The position numbers and the translations under genes are program-made. From NCBI GenBank assembly GCA_963704755.1, contig OY969938.1:1260001-1292000 (forward strand): a DNA stretch of 32,000 bases, given 5' to 3'. The first letter of the stretch is position 1. Each line of letters begins with the position of its first letter. Below are positions 30,555-32,000 of this stretch, in pieces. The notes below the pieces were generated by a model. That model was not told the origin of the DNA and ran no database searches. It was given only the letters and a program-made list of their open reading frames with translations. Origin of the DNA: an uncultured Chloroflexia bacterium (lineage in GTDB: Bacteria; Chloroflexota; Anaerolineae; Anaerolineales; Anaerolineaceae).

Positions 30555-31190
30555 ATGGCATTAGAAATTGTCTCATATGCCCTCGGGCCCCTGTCCAACA
30601 ACACCTATTTGTTGATCGACACCGCCACATCTCAGGCGGTTATCGTTGATCCATCCTTCGAGAGTCATGTCGTTGCCGAAAAGATCATCGCAGACAAGCT
30701 GCGCCTGACTCAGATCTGGCTTACTCACGCCCATTTTGATCATATCGTCGGGGTCAAACTGTTTTCGGAATTTGGCCAACCCCCGCTGCCGATCGGGCTC
30801 CACCCCGACGACCTGGACCTATATCACCAGGGTGGCGGAGCCAACCAGTTTGGTATCAAGATACCGGTCATGCCCGAGCCGACCCTTTTCTTCCACGATA
30901 AAGAGACCCTCATGGTCGGCGAAGAGCCTATCGAAGTACGCCACACCCCCGGCCACAGCCCGGGCCATGTGATTTTTTATGCCGCCCAAAACGCGACTGC
31001 CCTGGTCGGTGATTTGATTTTTCTCGAAGGCGTCGGCCGCACCGATTTACCCGGCGGCAGCAGTACGCGGCTGCTCAGATCCATTTACACCCAAATATTG
31101 AACCTGCCGCCCGAAACTCGCTTACTGACCGGCCACGGTGAAGAAACCACCGTTAGGTATGAGAAAGAAAACAATCCCTATATCCGTTGA
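30555..31190 (+). CDS. MBL-fold metallo-hydrolase (glyoxalase II-like)
   Basis: THAHFDH is the HxHxDH motif. HTPGHSPGH and the GDLIF...GRTD layout also fit. 211 aa. Confidence 0.85.
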   Translation: MALEIVSYALGPLSNNTYLLIDTATSQAVIVDPSFESHVVAEKIIADKLRLTQIWLTHAHFDHIVGVKLFSEFGQPPLPIGLHPDDLDLYHQGGGANQFGIKIPVMPEPTLFFHDKETLMVGEEPIEVRHTPGHSPGHVIFYAAQNATALVGDLIFLEGVGRTDLPGGSSTRLLRSIYTQILNLPPETRLLTGHGEETTVRYEKENNPYIR

Positions 31191-31198
31191 TCCCATTA

Positions 31199-32000
31199 TG
31201 ACAGACCAACCCGATTGGGCCCCTAAAAATCTTTACTGGTTGCTGCCGTTTGTTTATTTCTTCAGCCGGATCATTATTTTTCTGGCTACAGTGCCATACA
31301 GCTTTTACGGTTTTGGCGACTTTACCGTCTATTACCGCTGGACGGTTCTGCCCGGCTGGCCTTTCCTCAATTACTGGATGGAATATCCGCCGCTGTTCCC
31401 CTTCCTTTCCGAAACCATTTATCGATTGACCGGCAGCAGCGAATTCCTGTATGATTTTGTGCTCAACATCCTGCTGGCAATCGCCGGGGCAATGACCATC
31501 CTGCTTTTTTACCGGATTGCCGCGAAGTTATACGGAGAAAAAGCCGGCCTGTTCAACATGGTTATCTTCTTTGCCTTTTTCTCATTCTTGCCTTATACCT
31601 GGTGGTATTACGACCTGATCCCTGTTTGCCTCATGATGGCCGGGATCTGGATGGTCATCAATCAACGCGATACGGCAGCAGGCATATGGATCGGGCTCGG
31701 CATCCTGGCCAAGTGGTTCCCACTCTTCCTGCTGCCCGGCCTGCTCGGCCATCGCCCGTTGAAGTCCTTCCTGAAAACAGCGCTCATCGCGGTTGGCATG
31801 ACCGGGATCGTTTTTGCCGCGCTCTACCTGGCTGCCCCAACCATGACCAAAGCCTCGCTGCTCTCCCAACCATCGCGCTCCTCCTGGGAGACGATTTGGG
31901 CGATGATCGATGGCAACCAGACTACCGGTGCGTTCGTGCTGCCGCAAGACCGCTTCCATCCAGAGGAAGCCAACATTCCCCGCGGAAACCCGGCTGTGAT
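31199..32000 (+). CDS. polytopic membrane protein, GT-C/DUF2029-like glycosyltransferase candidate (5' partial, runs off the window)
   Basis: The frame is open from ATG 31199 to the window end (267 codons, absent from the ORF track). It has multiple TM segments, and the EYPPLFPF loop motif is typical of GT-C mannosyltransferase-like proteins. The antisense ORF 31582-31959 is rejected. Confidence 0.6.

Overview
GC-rich (about 55-60% by eye) bacterial chromosomal window made up mostly of housekeeping genes. These are priA, a Memo/AmmeMemoRadiSam-B-like gene, a divergent PyrD/PyrK-like pair, selD coupled to a signal-less gamma-glutamyltransferase homologue, rny (RNase Y), recX, leuS behind a Leu (CUC) T-box leader, two tRNA-Ala genes, an M24 Xaa-Pro peptidase and an MBL hydrolase. 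RNase Y plus a T-box plus high GC suggests a Chloroflexota/Anaerolineae-like lineage; this is inference only. Accessory content has two parts. First, a complete 1.31-kb ISAs1-family insertion sequence with a 10-12 bp target duplication sits 9 bp upstream of the -35 box of the tRNA-Ala promoter. Second, a minus-strand block (20.8-28.2 kb) encodes two alkaline-phosphatase-superfamily enzymes, membrane proteins, a sulfotransferase, an MFS transporter and a methyltransferase, with a divergent ArsR/DUF2087 regulator. One of those enzymes is broken by two +1 frameshifts at C3 runs. The other has a Tat signal encoded upstream of any canonical start codon. The most unusual signal is non-coding: at least three families of intergenic palindromic repeats. 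(a) 18-28 bp perfect AT-rich hairpins at gene 3' ends, three of the four capped by GCTTCGC/GCGAAGC. (b) A nested palindromic element present twice in opposite orientation. (c) A CCCCTTCCC...CCAAATC-N7-GATTTGGAGGGAAG hairpin repeat present three times, with one compensatory base-pair change. There is also an 80-nt uninterrupted homopyrimidine tract. I found no CRISPR array, rRNA, prophage or recognisable defence system. Functional calls rest on motif recognition by eye, not on database searches.
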